Shown here piece by piece: positions 28,725 to 43,700 of a stretch of DNA of 64,000 nt. Below the pieces are notes generated by a model, which did no database searches, was not told the origin of the DNA, and saw only the letters and a list, made by a program, of their open reading frames with translations. Each line of letters opens with the position of its first letter. Position 1 is the stretch's first letter. A program made the position numbers and the translations under genes. The stretch comes from an uncultured bacterium (lineage in GTDB: Bacteria > Omnitrophota > Omnitrophia > Omnitrophales > Aquincolibacteriaceae), in contig CAYSSX010000010.1 of NCBI GenBank assembly GCA_964434115.1, forward strand, positions 17,795 through 81,794, in the 5' to 3' direction.

Positions 28725-31700
28725 ATGAAAAAAAATCTGCCTCTTAAAATCATGGCCGCTTTCACGGCGATTTCCCTGATGACAGATCCGGGAAACGTCT
28801 ATGCCGCCACCGGTCTGCCCAAAGCAGCTTCTTCCCCAGCAAAAGCTCCCGAAATTTCAGAAACTGCCGGCCAAATGGAAGATTTTTTTCAGGGAACTTC
28901 CGCAAAAACTATTCTCTACATTCAGGACGCCCATGACTCGCTTGAGGCGCAGAAAAACATCGCGTCCCTGATTTCTCAATTCACCGAAAAGGACGGGGTC
29001 AAAACTGTTTTTGAAGAAGGGTATGAAGGCCCGGTTCCGACAGACCGCTTTTTCGGGTTCATACCCGCCTCTGAAATCCGGGAAAAGGTTTCCGGTTTTC
29101 TTTTGGACAAGCTCCGGATCGGGGGCGCGGAATATGCCCATATCAATCGGAAGACAGACTTCAAGCTCATCGGCGCGGACAATCTGGACAAATACAAAAA
29201 AAACATTGAGGCCTTCCGCGCGGCAGCCAAAGAAAATCAAGTCATTGCCCGCGATCTTGACGCCATCCTTACGGAAATCGAGTCCCTGGCGAGTCAGCGC
29301 TTTCCCAAGTCCTTCCGCGAATGGGTGAAACTACGCGACAAATACGACTGCGCGGCGGTTGATCTTCTAGACTACTTAAAGCGCACAAGAAAAATCCTTG
29401 AGACTTCTCCCTCCGGCCTTGCCGGCGTTCCGGAAAAAATTCCGGCCATCGAACTTTTACTTAGGGCTTCGGCTTCGGATCAGAATGAAACCCTGACCAC
29501 TCAAGCCAAAACCATTACCCCTCAAGCCCTGTTTCAGGATCTCGCAGCTTTGGATACCCTGACCGCAGAACGGTTCCTGACCGCGGAAGGAGACCGCCGG
29601 ATTTTTCACTACCGCGAAGCTTTGCATCTTCTGAAGCGCCTTAATCAAATGGAGGTCACGCCGGCCGAGTACGCGGCCTCTCAAAAAATGATTACCGGGC
29701 TCAACACCCGGGAACTGGCCGACTTTATCGCACGCGAATCCAAAAAGTCCCTGGTTCTTTCCAAGGCATGGGAAAACAGCATTCAAAAAGCCTCAGCGTT
29801 TTATGAATTGGCAAAGCAGCGTGACGAAGCCATTGAGAAAACACTTTCGGACTTCCTTCAGCAGCCGGATGAAACCACCGCCGTCCTCGTCTACGGCGGA
29901 TTTCACAAGGCCAACATTCTGTCGATTTTTCAAAAACTGGGCGTTTCCTACGGCATCATCACCCCGAAAATTTCAGGCCCGGACCCCGTTCATGAACGGT
30001 ATTACAAGGAACTCATGGCCGTGGGCCTGCATGACTATGAAAAAACCGTTCTCCCCGCCGCGGGAACTGCCGCACGGGCCACACGACCGCCATCTCTGTT
30101 TGTGGAAACTTTTGGCGAGGCCTCAATCCAGTCGCTTTACCGGACGGTTGAACAAAACCCGGATACGCCGCTTGAACTTCTTGAACGCGAAGTCCCAAGG
30201 TCAGAACTTCGCTCGGAAGCCAGCCCATCGGCAAATCTGATTGCCGCGGATTCAGCGCTTGCGGCCTTCGGCCGAGGTTTAGGCGTCAACTTTAATGTTC
30301 CCGAATCAGCGCTGCGAAACGGTTACTGGCAATACGAAATCAATCCGCTGCCAGCGGAAAGAAAAGTCATTCACAAGCGCATGATTCCGGCCTATAAAAA
30401 CGGCAGTGAACAGCTGCCCACCCATTTGCGTTTAATTTTCAAAGACCGCCAGCCGCTTCTTATTGTCTCTGACGGTATTGCCTGGGGCCAAATCCCTGAA
30501 GACATTCGATCGGCCAATGAAAAGGCCTTCATTGCCCGGTTCGCAGGCGTTTACAAACACCTTTCTCCGGGCAAGGCTCAGAAAAAAGGACGCGAAGAAT
30601 TCTTAAGATCCATTTCAAAAAAACAAATTGCTCTTGGGTTTTCCCTTGTACCCGAAGAAGCCCAGCATCCTTTCTTACTGGCCCAGAGATGGTTCGAAGC
30701 ACAAACCCAATCAGTCGGTACGTACTCTACACAGTTCTTTGATGTGACCAAACCCGAAGACCTGCAGTCCCCCATCCTCACCTTTGAGGGTGTCTACAAA
30801 CCCTACACGGTGAGCAGTCATCTCTTCAGGTCAGGGATCCGTCCTGGGAAAAATTCCCTGGTTTATGTTTTAGGATCAGGGTCGGGCGCGGATGCTCTCC
30901 GCGCCGCGGAAAAGGCCAAAGGCCAGATCCGGATTGTGGCCTCCGACATTGATTCTTTGGCCGCTGAAAACACCCGCTACAACGCTGCACGAAGCCCTTA
31001 CAGTGCAGTCATTGAAGTCCACCGGGCAGATCTTTTTAATATCCCCGGACGGCCGGAAGGTGAACGGGCTGATCATATTTACTTCAACCCTCCCTTGAGC
31101 ATGAATGCAGCGGACGGAAACCTTGCCACGGCAGATGAAGGCATGCGTGTCCTCACCCGCTTCCTGACCGAAGCACCGGATCATCTGAAAGAGACGGGCA
31201 CACTTGAACTCACTTATACCGAGACGCCTGAATTTCTTCATAAAGTTTATTCCCTCGGCTGGGAGCCAGCACTGATTGAGGGGCTTCATCTTTCACGTAA
31301 ACATTTTCCGAACAACCGTTCAGACTATGTCCGCTTCACACTTCGCCGCATGTCCACCAGCCGGACAGCGGAGCTGCAAGAGGTTGTGTCGGATTGGGCA
31401 AAACTGATTCCCCTGCAGAAAAAAACCCGGGGAGGGCCCAATCCCTTTACCGCGTCAGACCTGGCACTGCTGAAAGCCTTGAAAGGAAAGTATTCGGCAT
31501 CCCAGGATTTCACGGGCAGGCTTATTTCAAAAACGCTCTATGCGCTTGAAAAAATTTCACAGGGTCTTACACCGCTTCGTCCCGAAGACGACAAACGCTT
31601 CAACCTGAATTATCCGCAGACGCTTCCCGTCCCCGGCCAGGTTTACCAGCATTCCCAGCGCCAGGAGCTCACGGTCCAAGTCACGCGCCTTGAAAGCAAC

Positions 31701-34700
31701 GGCTCTTTTAATATTCAGTCTTTTCAAGACGGACGGTCTCAAGGCCCTGAACAAATAGTTCCCGAAGAACAAACAGAGGCTTTCCTTCGGGAATTTGCTC
31801 CGGTCCGCAGCGAACTGCGCATGGTGTCTTCTTTTGAAATGGAGCTGGCCTTCGGAGATCTTGCCAAGACTCCTACTTTAAGCGGCGGAAGAAACGATGA
31901 CTTCCTTTACGAGAACGGGAAGAAAGTTGCTGTCATTATGCCTTGGTCGAAATTTATTTACCGGGCGCTGGATTCGGACGGGCGCGAAATTCCCGACCGT
32001 ATTTACAAAATCACTCATTACGCGTCCGAAAACGAAACGCTTTTTGAGGAAGCCAAAAAGATTTTCGCTCTACAGACTCCTGGCGTTTCCAAATTGCAGC
32101 GCATCGGGACGCTGAAAAGCGGCGGCATGTGGGTGGAACTCAAAGGCATTGCTTCAGCACGTTCCATGGACCGCGAAATTTTCGGCAGAACGCCCCGGCT
32201 TTTCAATGTCCTGATCCGGGCCGGAGAGCTGTTAAAAGGTATTCATGAACGCGGGATCGTTCACGGCGATATCAAGCCGGAAAACCTTTTGATCAATAAC
32301 GCCCAGGAACTCGAATGGATTGATTTCGGCGGCAATTTCACACGCGGTTATGTGGCTCTGGATGAGGAAAAGAACCCGATCGAAGACAAAACTTCCCCGG
32401 ACGTGGATGTTTACAGTTTCATCATGATCATTGCGCACCTTTTGGATCATCAGATTCAGGCACAGTCTCCGGAAATCGGCAAAACTCTGCGCCGCATGCG
32501 GGACGAATACCTTCACCTCATTCTCAAGGACTGGACCTTTCAGCGTTTTGAAGAACTGCTTCAGATCGGGGTATGGACAGAGAAGCTGACCCCGCTTCCC
32601 CGTAAAAAATGGCCGAAAGACATGTCGGAAATCACTGAAAAATTAAAACACGATCTTCAGGAACTGTCGGAAAACCATCCTGAATTGTTCACAACCGCGG
32701 TTGAAGAAGAAAAGAAGCTGATTCACGCAAGCGTTCATTCGTCCGAAACCAGGGACACCGCACAGAAACTCAAGCAGCTTCTCGACACTCTTCAGCGTGA
32801 CGGCGCGCTTCACCCCGGGAAAATTGCGGTCACGGATTTGAGCCGGGGCGCGGTCGCTCCCGCGTTCAAAGAACAGGTCGAGGCCTTTTCTCATCAAAAA
32901 GAAATCAGCATTGTCATGGAAGGGGCTTATCTTGACGATTGCTGCCGGCAGGCCTCCTGGACGCTTCTCGAGTATGCCCGGAACAATCCCGAAAAAAATC
33001 TGAACCTCCACTTCCCCGTCGACTTGATCGCGTACCCTCATGACTTTCTCGCTGAATCCGATTCAAAAGAAAAAATCAGCGCGCTGCTCTTTAACCTTGA
33101 GGCAGACGCGGCGGGCCTTTCTTACGAAGTCTTCGTGGACGGTGTAAAAACTGAAAGCACTGATGCGCCAGCCGGCCCCCAGGAGCCGGTTCGCGTGAAA
33201 CTTTACCTGTGGTCTGATTCACTGCTCATGGCCCAGACCGTGACTGAATCCCTCAGGCCCGGTTCCGGGGACCAGAACACAGATTCCCGGTCAGAGTTGA
33301 GGCAGCCCGGGGAAACAAATCCCCTTATCCAAAATCTTTTTTTTGAAAAAGAAATCACGCCTGAAACGATTGCCGCGGCGGAAGCCCTGATTCCAAAACC
33401 CATTCTCGACAGACTGATCCGGGAAGGCTATGAGCTTCCTAAGGGATTCAAGACCCAAGGGGCTCCGGGAGCCGCCCGAAAATTGATTTTGGATATCCAA
33501 AAAGGCGCCGGATCTCTGCAAATTATTTTAAAGGACAGGAAAAACCCCAGTTATGAATTTTTGAAAATTCCGCTCAGCGTCAAAGGGAAACAGCTCGGCC
33601 TCGGCTTCGGCCATTTGAATCAATTCAGTGAGGCAAAAACCGCTTATCCTGGGTACGACGACCCTGTCTTTGCCTGGTGGTTCCTGAAAAACCTCGTTCC
33701 TTTTGCAAAGCAAACAGGCTTTGACGATTTCGACCTTATTCAAGGCCCGCTTTCTGATGATGATTTAACAAAAGCCGGTTTTAAACTTCGCGACGAAGAG
33801 TCTGGCGTTCCTTTATGGATTTATGACCTAAAGCTGCGGGAATCCCGGTCTGAACTAAGGAACGACGGCGAGCGGTTGGAAATCCCGCTGGGAGAAACCC
33901 GGAAAGTGACCGTCGCGGCAGGCGAAAAAATTCTTGTGTCGGGTTTTGATCCGAAACGAAGAACCTCGGCACTGATTGAAATAAGATCCGTTGAAAAATC
34001 CCCGGGAAGAGAAATTGGGGGCCGTTTCAAAGCCCCGCGCCGTGAAGCGGAAATCCGCATCTCTGCACCGCCCGAAATTGTCATTTTGAGGGACACGGAA
34101 TGGCTGGAGTTTCTTTCGGACCACGAAAACCCGGACGCGTCCGTCAACATTTTTGGGCATTGGAACCGTCCGGCACTTTGGGCACTCCGGGACAAACTGA
34201 TCGCGAGGAGCTTTGGCAGGCGCTTTATGAGCTGGCGCGCGTATCTTCCGGAAGAGAGAAAAGTCTACCTCATGGACCTCAATACCCGGGCCCGGGTCGA
34301 GATTGAAATAACGAATACGGATATCGAAAAAAATGAGGCGGACCTGATCCTTCGTCCCGTCGTGAGCGCAGAATTTGGAACAGGGTATTTCGTGCAGGCC
34401 TTTTCAAATTCGCAGCAGCCTGTCTCTGCTATCCGTTCTGAATTGAGCCGAGCTAAAATCAATGAGACAGAGCTCAGTGAAGTCAAAACGCACGCGCAGC
34501 GGGTGGCTGCTGATTTCGGTTTTCCATCCGAGTTCACTAGCTTTGCTGTCCTGGATAAAGTCCACGCGCCAGAAATCGATCCGGATTTGACGGCCTACCT
34601 TGTAAAACTCACAGTCCTTCTTCCCTCTTCCACGGAAACAGAAAAAGAATTTTTAATCGGTCTTGATCAAAACCGCCGGCTTGCGGCGGGTGCCTGGCTG

Positions 34701-37700
34701 ATACCACTCAATGCACAAGAAAAGACTTTTCAGATGGGGCAAACCCGGGCCTTCATCTCCCAAAAGGGCTTGATGCAAAGAACCCTCACCCTTGCCTTAA
34801 AAAGCGGTGTCATCAACACATGGTTTTCAGATACCGAGTACAACCGGTCAGATGATGCGGAAGACATGTATGACCGCCTGATGAAAGACCCGGAACTTAG
34901 CATCGAAGAAATTCAGGACCAGTTCAAGGTGAAGCTCCGTACCCGCTCAGAACTTCGTGCTTTGGCGTCTAACAATGCCGACGCCCCCGCCCTTCTTGAG
35001 GCCTATCCCAAGCTGAAGCAAATCTCGGATGCATGGGAAGAATTTCTTAGAAACTCGGAAGTCGACCGCAATAAATTCCTGAATGCTTATGAAGGCGGCG
35101 CTTTTGTTCGCTCCCCTTTCCAGTGGATGAACTTCATGAAAGAGAACTGGAACCTGAATGCCCAAAGCCGCATTCTGGATGTGGGCAGCGGCAACGGGCT
35201 TGCGGCCATGGCTTTTAATATTCTCACCGGCGCCCAGGTCACATCCATTGAGATCGATCCCATGCGCTGGGTGGTGCTCCAGAATTTTCTCACTTTCCTG
35301 AAGGATCAAAAAGGGCTCGAATTTCCAGGGGTCCGCTTTGAGCAGGGCGATTTTCTAAAATACCCGCTTGAAGGCGTGGATTTCATTTATTTTTATTACA
35401 CGCATCCGGTCGTGCATCAAGCCCGCCAGGGTGACGCCATTGTCGATCGCCTCGAAAATGATCTTCCTCAGGGTGCTGTTTTTGTAAGTCCGGGATTTTA
35501 TCTTGAAGCCGAATACAGCCGCATGCTTCTGAGAAGAATTAACCGTGAAGCCTACTTTGCAGAAACTTCTCTCCATTACCGTGAGGCCAGGCTTCCCCCA
35601 GGAAATCCTCTTCAGCACACACGCACAGCCGTGGTGCTGACAAAACGTATGGATGGGGCGATTCCTGAAAATCCTCCGCGCTCCGAATTGAGAGCTGCTG
35701 AAATTCCCGCGGAGCTCGCAGGCTTCAATTCGAACGCACCTCTTTGGGATTTTCTGAAATCCTTCGGCATTGATCCGTCAAAAGCAAAAATCGAAAAACT
35801 CGAAGGCCCTTGGGGACGCGTGCGCGCAGCCCAGCATGAGGTTTTTGGTGTCCTCCCGGGCTCTGAACTTGACGCGGCTGTCATGGAAAGTGCATTTGCA
35901 GTTTTTGACGCACAGGAAATTCGCGAGCGCCTCCGTCAAAATGGACACCCGGAAGATTCCGCCCTTCAATACCTTTATCTGCTGACTCATGAAAACAAAC
36001 CTGCAGCGTTTGTCTGGGCCATTCCCGGAGCTGCCTTTGAGCCCATATATTATTATCCGCTCAGAGGCAGAGAACAGCAGGCCCTTTGGCCTTCTGCAGA
36101 AGACAGGGGCTCAGACGGAGCCGCGTTAACACTTCCTCCGGAGACCGAGCTTTTTATCCGGCATTTTCACAAGAAAGATTATGGGAAAAACCCGGTCATG
36201 CAGGGCGGCTTGCCGTTGAGCACTCTCGGGCAGGGACTACCCGGAGCACAATTAAGAACCTTTGAAGAAGGCCTCGCTTTTCCTACGGTGTTTAGTTTAA
36301 ATCACGCCAGTTCAAAGGGGCTTGTCGCTGCCGCGGACCTGCTTATTAATAACGGTGTTCTCAGCGTCCGGGATAAAACCATTTCCGAAATCGGCTCTGG
36401 AGCCGGATGGATTGGAACCCAGATGACACTTCGAGGAGCCAGGGAAGCTCATCTGTACGACCTAACCTTGATCAAAGCCGCGAACGCGATGAGCACAGCG
36501 AAGCTCTTCGGAGCGGGTGAACGGGTTCACACTTACCGCTCCAAATCCGCCGATATTCTGCCTTCAAGCGACGTTTACTTCTGGAACATTCCAGATTTTT
36601 CGAGCAGCGCAAGAGATCTGTCAGGCAGCATGCCTCTTGATCAGAAAGCCAGCATCGACGTCAACAATAGAATCCGGATTGAGAGTGTTCAAAAAGTGTT
36701 TCATGAACTCTTGAACGCCTCTCCCGCCAGCGCGTCGTTTCTCGTTAGAATCAACCCGCTTGATGAATCAGCCTTCCGCGGCATGCTTAAAGAATCGGGA
36801 TGGGAGATTCATCCGAAAGCCGCCGGACTTATCCAAAACCCAGGAAGAGGCGGATCTTATTTTCTTTTGAGACCGGAACTTCAGGGAGCCGAAGCCAAAA
36901 CCCGTCAGGCCGAGGACAAACTTTCGCCAGGCCTGCAGAATAATCCGGAGCTGCTTGAAGCTTTCAGGGAAATCGGCCGGGATCTTCTCCCCCTCGGCAA
37001 TCAAATGCCAGTGCTGCTGGTTGAAGGCATGCCGGGGTCGGGGAAATCTTCACGCGCCAAGGATCTCAAAGCGGTCCTCGAAAGCGAAGGCCGAAGAGCG
37101 GTCATCATTCACAGTGAAAGTTATCTTCGAAACGGCCGCTACGACAAGCCTCTTAAAGGTTTCTTCGGCCTGCTCTTCCGGTGGCTCACCCGCCGCCCGG
37201 CCCGTGAACTCCTGGCTTACGCGGTGAGCATGTTTGTCAACGAAGGCACTGTTGCAAACTGGATCCAGCAGATTCAGGAAATCCAAAAGGAACCGGAAGG
37301 TTCGGGATTTTTAAAGATTAATGGAAACCCAAGAGATGACGTCTATATTGGTCCTGAGACGATCTTGATTATAGAAGGCACGCTATCCTCCGTCTTATTT
37401 GCCTCAGTTCCGAACGTCAAAAAACTATTCCTTGATCTTTCAGGTTCAAAAATACGAAGTCAGTTTATCCGCAGAGCCCTTCGGGAAACAAACCTGGGCC
37501 CGGTCTATGCTTTCTTCAAAGCATGGCTTATGGTTCCTGAAATCGCGGTCCGCTTTTTCAGAATTCTTTCACGGAATTTTGATTTTATCTTGAACCTTAC
37601 GGATGAAAAGAGTCCGGTGCTAACCCGGCCGCACAAACTTTCAGGTCAGCCCCATGCCGCAAGTCCGCGGTCTGAGCTCCGGGCTGAAAAATCTGGCCAG

Positions 37701-40700
37701 GGAAAAGACCGCCTCTTTGACCCTGCACAGTCTCCAGGGGAGCTAACGGCCGAAGAAAAAGAAATGATCCGTCAAACGCAGCGGACAGGTTTATTCCGCG
37801 CCGGCCCTCTTGATGAAACAAAACCTCTCTGGCTTTTCGGTGAGCAGGATGTCATGGGACCTTTTATTGCGGGACATCTTGGGGACGCGGCGGCTCCCCT
37901 GATCAAGCCCGAGCTTTATGCGGGTAAAAAAGTCTTAGTCGTGCCCGGGTATGGGAATCTTCCTTTTTTACTGCGTGCTTTTGGTGCACGTGAAGTGACA
38001 GCCATGGACCTCGATCCAGCAACCATTGCCTGGCAGAAACTAAAATGGAAATCGGGTACCGAGGAGCTGCAAAACTGGCTTTTTGTAACCGAAACCTCTC
38101 GCCCCATGATCCGCAGTCATCACCGGAGCGGCTGGGTCTCGAATCTCGATCAACCTCCCGCGGGTGACGTCATGGACCATATGACTTTTCAAACGGGCAA
38201 TATTCTCAACCCCATTCCACTTTCCGGTGAAAAGTATGACCTTGTGGTCATTCCTTATTTATTCGGCTTTGCACACGGGCTGGTGACAGAAGATCAGTGG
38301 GACAAGGTGCTTGAGAATCTTGCCAAAGTCCTCACCCCGGAAGGGCGGGTTATTTTAGTCCCCGGTAAAATGGACCTTTCTAAGTTCAGGGAAAGCGATG
38401 AAAAAAGCCAGACTGAAAACTACCAGATCTGGTTGAATGATCTTGAACGTAAAGGGTGGAAAGTCAGCCACAGCAAGCGTTATGGATTTCATAATATCCT
38501 CGGCTACGAACCCGTCTCGGCAGGGTTCTCAATCCTGACTCCGCGAAGTGAACTGCGTCCGGAAGAACTGGGTTCTTTTTTTCAAAAGGTCCGGGACGTC
38601 TTTGACCACCTGCCGGCGGACTTCAAGCACCGCAATGTGCTGGGTTATGAATTTAAGACTCCGCAGGAAGTTTCAGAACACCTCGGGGGCCTCGGCGATG
38701 AGGTCAGCGCTGCTGTTGCAGGAATTTATCATACCCGGGGATTTATGATGGGCTCCGAAAGCATTGATCCCCAGGATACCGGCAAGCCTGTCCACTCCCG
38801 GACTTTCTGGATAGATCCCTCAAACCCCAACTTTCGATTTGCCGCGCTCCTTGAGGTCATCAAACGAGGCACAGAAGCAGTCGAGGGGGTTTACGATCAG
38901 CGCGACACCGAAGCCGCTGTTAACTTACTCCGGCAGCACCTCGGAGAAAAACCTGAAAAACAGGCCCTTACGGCAGGACTTGCTTCTTTTTCCTCCTGGC
39001 GCACACTTCTGGATGAAGTTATGGTCATGGATCAGCGGAGGATCAGCCGTTCTGAACTCCGGACAAAGACTCAAGTGGAAATGAACTTTGATGTCCCTGT
39101 AGAAATCTCCGGGCTTGCGGAACTGATTGCAAAGGCCCCCACAATAGAAGCATTGGCTCAAGACCCGGCGCAAAAAATCAGGCGCTTTCCGGATGGCACT
39201 TATGGAAATCTTTACGATGCCCCTTTTGGCCATTATCCCAGCTATAAAATTCTCTGGCAAAACGGCGATTTAACCGTGTCTCACCAGCTCTTCAAGGATC
39301 ATCCCCTTGAGATCATTTATTTTTCAGCTGCAAAACAAGGGTCGCTCTTTTCGCTTCAAATTGAATCCGGAAAAATCAAAAAGCTTTACGCTTATGATCC
39401 GTCCCGGATCGAACCTTTTATCTTCTCTCCTCAATCGGAAGGCATGCCGTTCAAAGAAGAAGTCATACGGTGGCTGAAACTAAAAAAACCGGATGATGCG
39501 GCCATCAAGGCCGCTTATGCGCGCGTGGAGAAAGATAAAGCCGATGTTTGGGAAAACCTGGGTGTCATGATGATGATGGACCAGTTTGACACGAGCGTTA
39601 CTGGAAAGGCCCCTGAGATGCTCGCCTCGGACGAGGCTGCACTCACAGCCCGAATCAAGGACATGCATCACGGTATTTTCTGGGAACAAGACTTGTTTCA
39701 ATTCACAGACGGATCCTGGGCTTTTCTAGACGGCAAAAGCGGCTTGGTCCCTAACCTCGAAGATAGTTTCAGAAGCCGTGCCCACATCTCCATTCACAAT
39801 CATCCCATGATGGCACCCGAAGAAGAAAGCGGCATCAGCCGCGGCGACCAGGGCGTTTTCTTGAAAGAAACCAGTCTTAAAGCCGAGTACGTGATCGCGG
39901 ATTATGGAGGCGCTTACAAAATGACCCTGTCGGCAGAAGCTCCTGATCCCGGGGCCGGAGAAAAAATCCTCGAAGGCCTCCAAAAGCACGTCACGCTTAC
40001 AGGGGTTTCACGGGCTTGGGTTCATGACACGGAAAGCGGACGCTGGATCAAAATCGAATATTTACCGGAAGATGCTTTCCAGAAACTCTTCCTTGAACAC
40101 GGTCTCAAAATTTTCACGGATGTGAACCTTGACTGGAAATCTTTCGGTGAAAGTAAACGTTCCGAACTCCGCGCCCCGGAGCAGCCTGAGAAGAGCAAAG
40201 AGAAAGCGGTGAAAGCGCCGGATGAGCTTCAGGTCATGCGTAACAGCCTCCGGCATTTTCTGCGCCGGCAGCTCGCGGGCCGCCCGATTGATCCTTCGAA
40301 ATATGTTTTCATCTCAGACTTTCTTCCCTACCGGATTCTGGCCGCCCGCAATGCGGAAGGAAAAATCCTCGGCTTTGCGTTTGGTAAAAAAGGTAATCGC
40401 CGCATGCACTCGCTGATCACGGAAGAAGGTCATGAGCCTTCTGGTTTTCTCCATGAGAAAGATGAACATGGCGTCCGGATCATCACGTACGTCACAGAGG
40501 GTGACAAAAATTATAAGGAAGATGAATTCGTGCTGGGCCGTTATGGGGATGTGTACCGCCTCAAGATTGAGGAATCCGGAGGCACCCCGACCCAGCAGGC
40601 CATTGAGTACGCCAGCTGGATGCCGAGCTACATGCTCACAAAAGCGCAGGAAGTGGAAGCACTTTCAAAAATCCTTGGGCCTCAGCTTTACGCGGGACTC

Positions 40701-43700
40701 CGGCAGTTCCTTCCCCCTGAAGCAAAACTCGTACTCGCGCCGGGCATGGAACCGGAAGCACGCATGACTTACTGGCCCAGCGTTCAGGGTTCGATCCGCT
40801 CCCGCGAAGAAGTCTTCGGAGGTCTGGATCATGAAGGGTTTGATGTGGCGCATATCCAGACCCCTGACGCTGCTCAGCGGCAGCTGAAGGAAGGAACGCC
40901 CATTCAATCCCTGGTGAATGAAAGGGGCCGGGTCCAATGGGTCTTTGAGGATAATGTTCAATCCACGGCCATTGTGTTAAGTGATCTGGTCATGCCCATC
41001 GGATCCACAAGAATGCTGATCCCGAAAAATCCGGACGATGTGGCCCAGCTTCAAAGACGGACTGACGGCACCATCGGTTTTCCGGAATCCGTGGAAGTCG
41101 AAACGGTAGAAACCCCGGGAGAAAGGTACCGCATCGCATTCGTTTACACGCACCTGAAACTCGAGGATTGGGTCCGGCCCGGCGCTGAAATCAAAGCCAG
41201 CGATCCGAGAACCCTCGGCACGATTGAGCGCCACCGCAAATACCCTTTTTCGCCGGTGGTCCCCCATCTGCACTTTGCGGTCATGCTTTTCAAAGAAAGT
41301 GAAATCGGAAAATACCCTTCGTTGAATTATGATTTGCTCAACAGCAAACTCGGCCCTAATAAAACAGTGCTCTATGTCAACCCGCTCAGTCTTTTGGATG
41401 CGGCCCAGCGCACGGACCTTTTTGTGGAGGGCGATGCTGCCCGTCCGGGTTTTCGCTCCGCGGCGATCCAAGCCCTTGATCCCAATGCTTTAAAATCCGT
41501 GCGTGCCCGGCTGGCGCACACCCTGCTCGGTATTCCAGTCTGGACAGCCGCGTCACCCGCTCAGCTCTCTGAAGAAATGCAGCAAAGCGACCTCGTGATT
41601 CATCAAACACCGGCAGGCTGGGAAATTTTGTTGAGCGGCCTGATGAAAGACAAACTTCTTCATTTGAAAACAACTGCCGCGGACGAAGACGAACTCATCC
41701 AGCTCATCGAGGCTATGGATCTTCAGCTCAGGCGCCCCAAACATGACGCCCTCGGTTTGTCGATGAAAGAAACCAAAACCATGACGCCTTCCGAAACCGT
41801 GGAAGCGATCCGGAGCATGGCCTCGCGGGAAGAAATCAAGGATCATCATGACAGTGCTTTCATTGATGTGGTTCATCCGGATTTCGCACTGGTCAACATC
41901 GGTTACGGCGTGCACGCCGGCCTTCTGACGCCTTCGGATTCAAAAGGCTTCAACACGGATACGAGAATCTTCTTTTTCAGGATTCATTACCGTCCGGACC
42001 GGGAAATTCACGGACAGAAAATCCCTGAATACCTCGTCATCAAACCTCCTTATCTGGTGGAAGATCCTTCTGTACAGAAAGCCGGGGCCGGCGATCTTTC
42101 AAAAATGGAACCCGGTCTTTATACGGATTTAATTTCGCTCGCCCGTTTTCTTTTGGCGGGAGGATTCCCGGAAAACACAAAGATCCGTGTGGATGAATTC
42201 GACAATTTTCCGAATATTCTCGGGACTCTGGCCCTGCATGAAGAGGATGGAGCCCTGCCTCTCGCAAGACTTTCGGCCCTTCCCACAGAGCTTGCGCGTT
42301 CTGAATTAAGAGCTGCGGGGGAAACCTCGGAAGCCGCGGATCAAAAAGAAAGCCTGCTTCCCTCGCTCTGGGCAGGCGCTCGATCCGCTTTTGGGAAGCG
42401 TGTTTTCAGTTATGAGGAGTTCACCGCCAAGGCTTTCCCTGTATCAAAAGCCGTTTTCCGCAGCCAGTTCGAACTTTTGGAAACCCTTGGACTTGCCAGG
42501 GTTGAGCGTGCAGAAGGCATCTCCGGAAGACCACTCCGGGTAAGACTCACACGCGCTGCGGAAAAGTGGACAGCAGACAAACGGCGCATCCATGAAGAGG
42601 AACTCGATTTTCTGCTGCACCAATACAGCCGTCCGGGAGACGAGGAAATTATACGTCCCCAAGTGGCACGCGTGCTTTCGGGAGAACAGCTTTTTAAACT
42701 GCCGGTTCAAGCAGACTCTTATGAAAAACAGGAAATTGACATGTCCAGGGATGACTATTTCTTCCCTGGCCTTGTGATTACTTTCAGAACCCTCAGGAAT
42801 TATTTCGGCAAAGAATATGTCAAGGCCTCCGCTCTTGCAGAACTTCTCAATAAAAACGACGACAAGGGCCGGGCTCTTCGAAAATGGGTGGAAGATCTTG
42901 AAAAACTCGGCCTTCTCGAAACCTCCCGCAAAGGCGCAACGGGAAGCGTTTGGGTACGCCTGCGGCAAGACCTTGACAGTATCAAGGCCGCCAAAATCGA
43001 GCAGGTTCTTCTTGAGTCCTCAAAAACCAAAGCGGATCCTTCTCTTTCCTTCAAAATCCGGAACATTCTGGAAGACCGCGCAGCTCCCGTTGATCAGCAT
43101 AAATCAGCCGTAACAACTCCGCCGGCAAAGGTTCTGGGGCAGTGGAAGCTGACACTGCCGACACTCGTCCGGGCGATTGAGGAAGAAGAACTAGCTCAGC
43201 AGAGCCAGGGGATTCAGGAGCCTTCTGTCCGCTTGAATCAGGTCGCAAAACGACTCAATGTTAACATCACGGCTTTTCATCAAAGTATTCTACAAAACTA
43301 TGTCGATTTGAGGCGGCTTGGTATCCAAGGCCTGGCCCTGGGGCTACCCGTAGACAGCTCAACAACTCCCGAACCCCGAAAAAGGAATCCTCTGGATCTG
43401 GAAAAAGCCCGTCCCGTTTTTGAGCAGTTGATCCGCTCCGCTGTACAGCGCCTGCGCGGCACAGACCCGGAGTTTGCTGAAATTCCCATCAGAACTTCCC
43501 TTCTGGCTTATGAGCTCGGACTCAGTGACACAGGGCTTCGGGATCCGCTGAAGGAGCTCAGCCTTCTTCCGCTCTTGGAAGAGCTGGGGGTCTTTTCATT
43601 CAAGCCTTCAACACCCGCGCTGGAAAATCAGACCCGGGAATTCCTGAAATCCTTAAATCTGCAAGACACCCAGGAGCTGGTCGATTTCACAATCGGGAAA

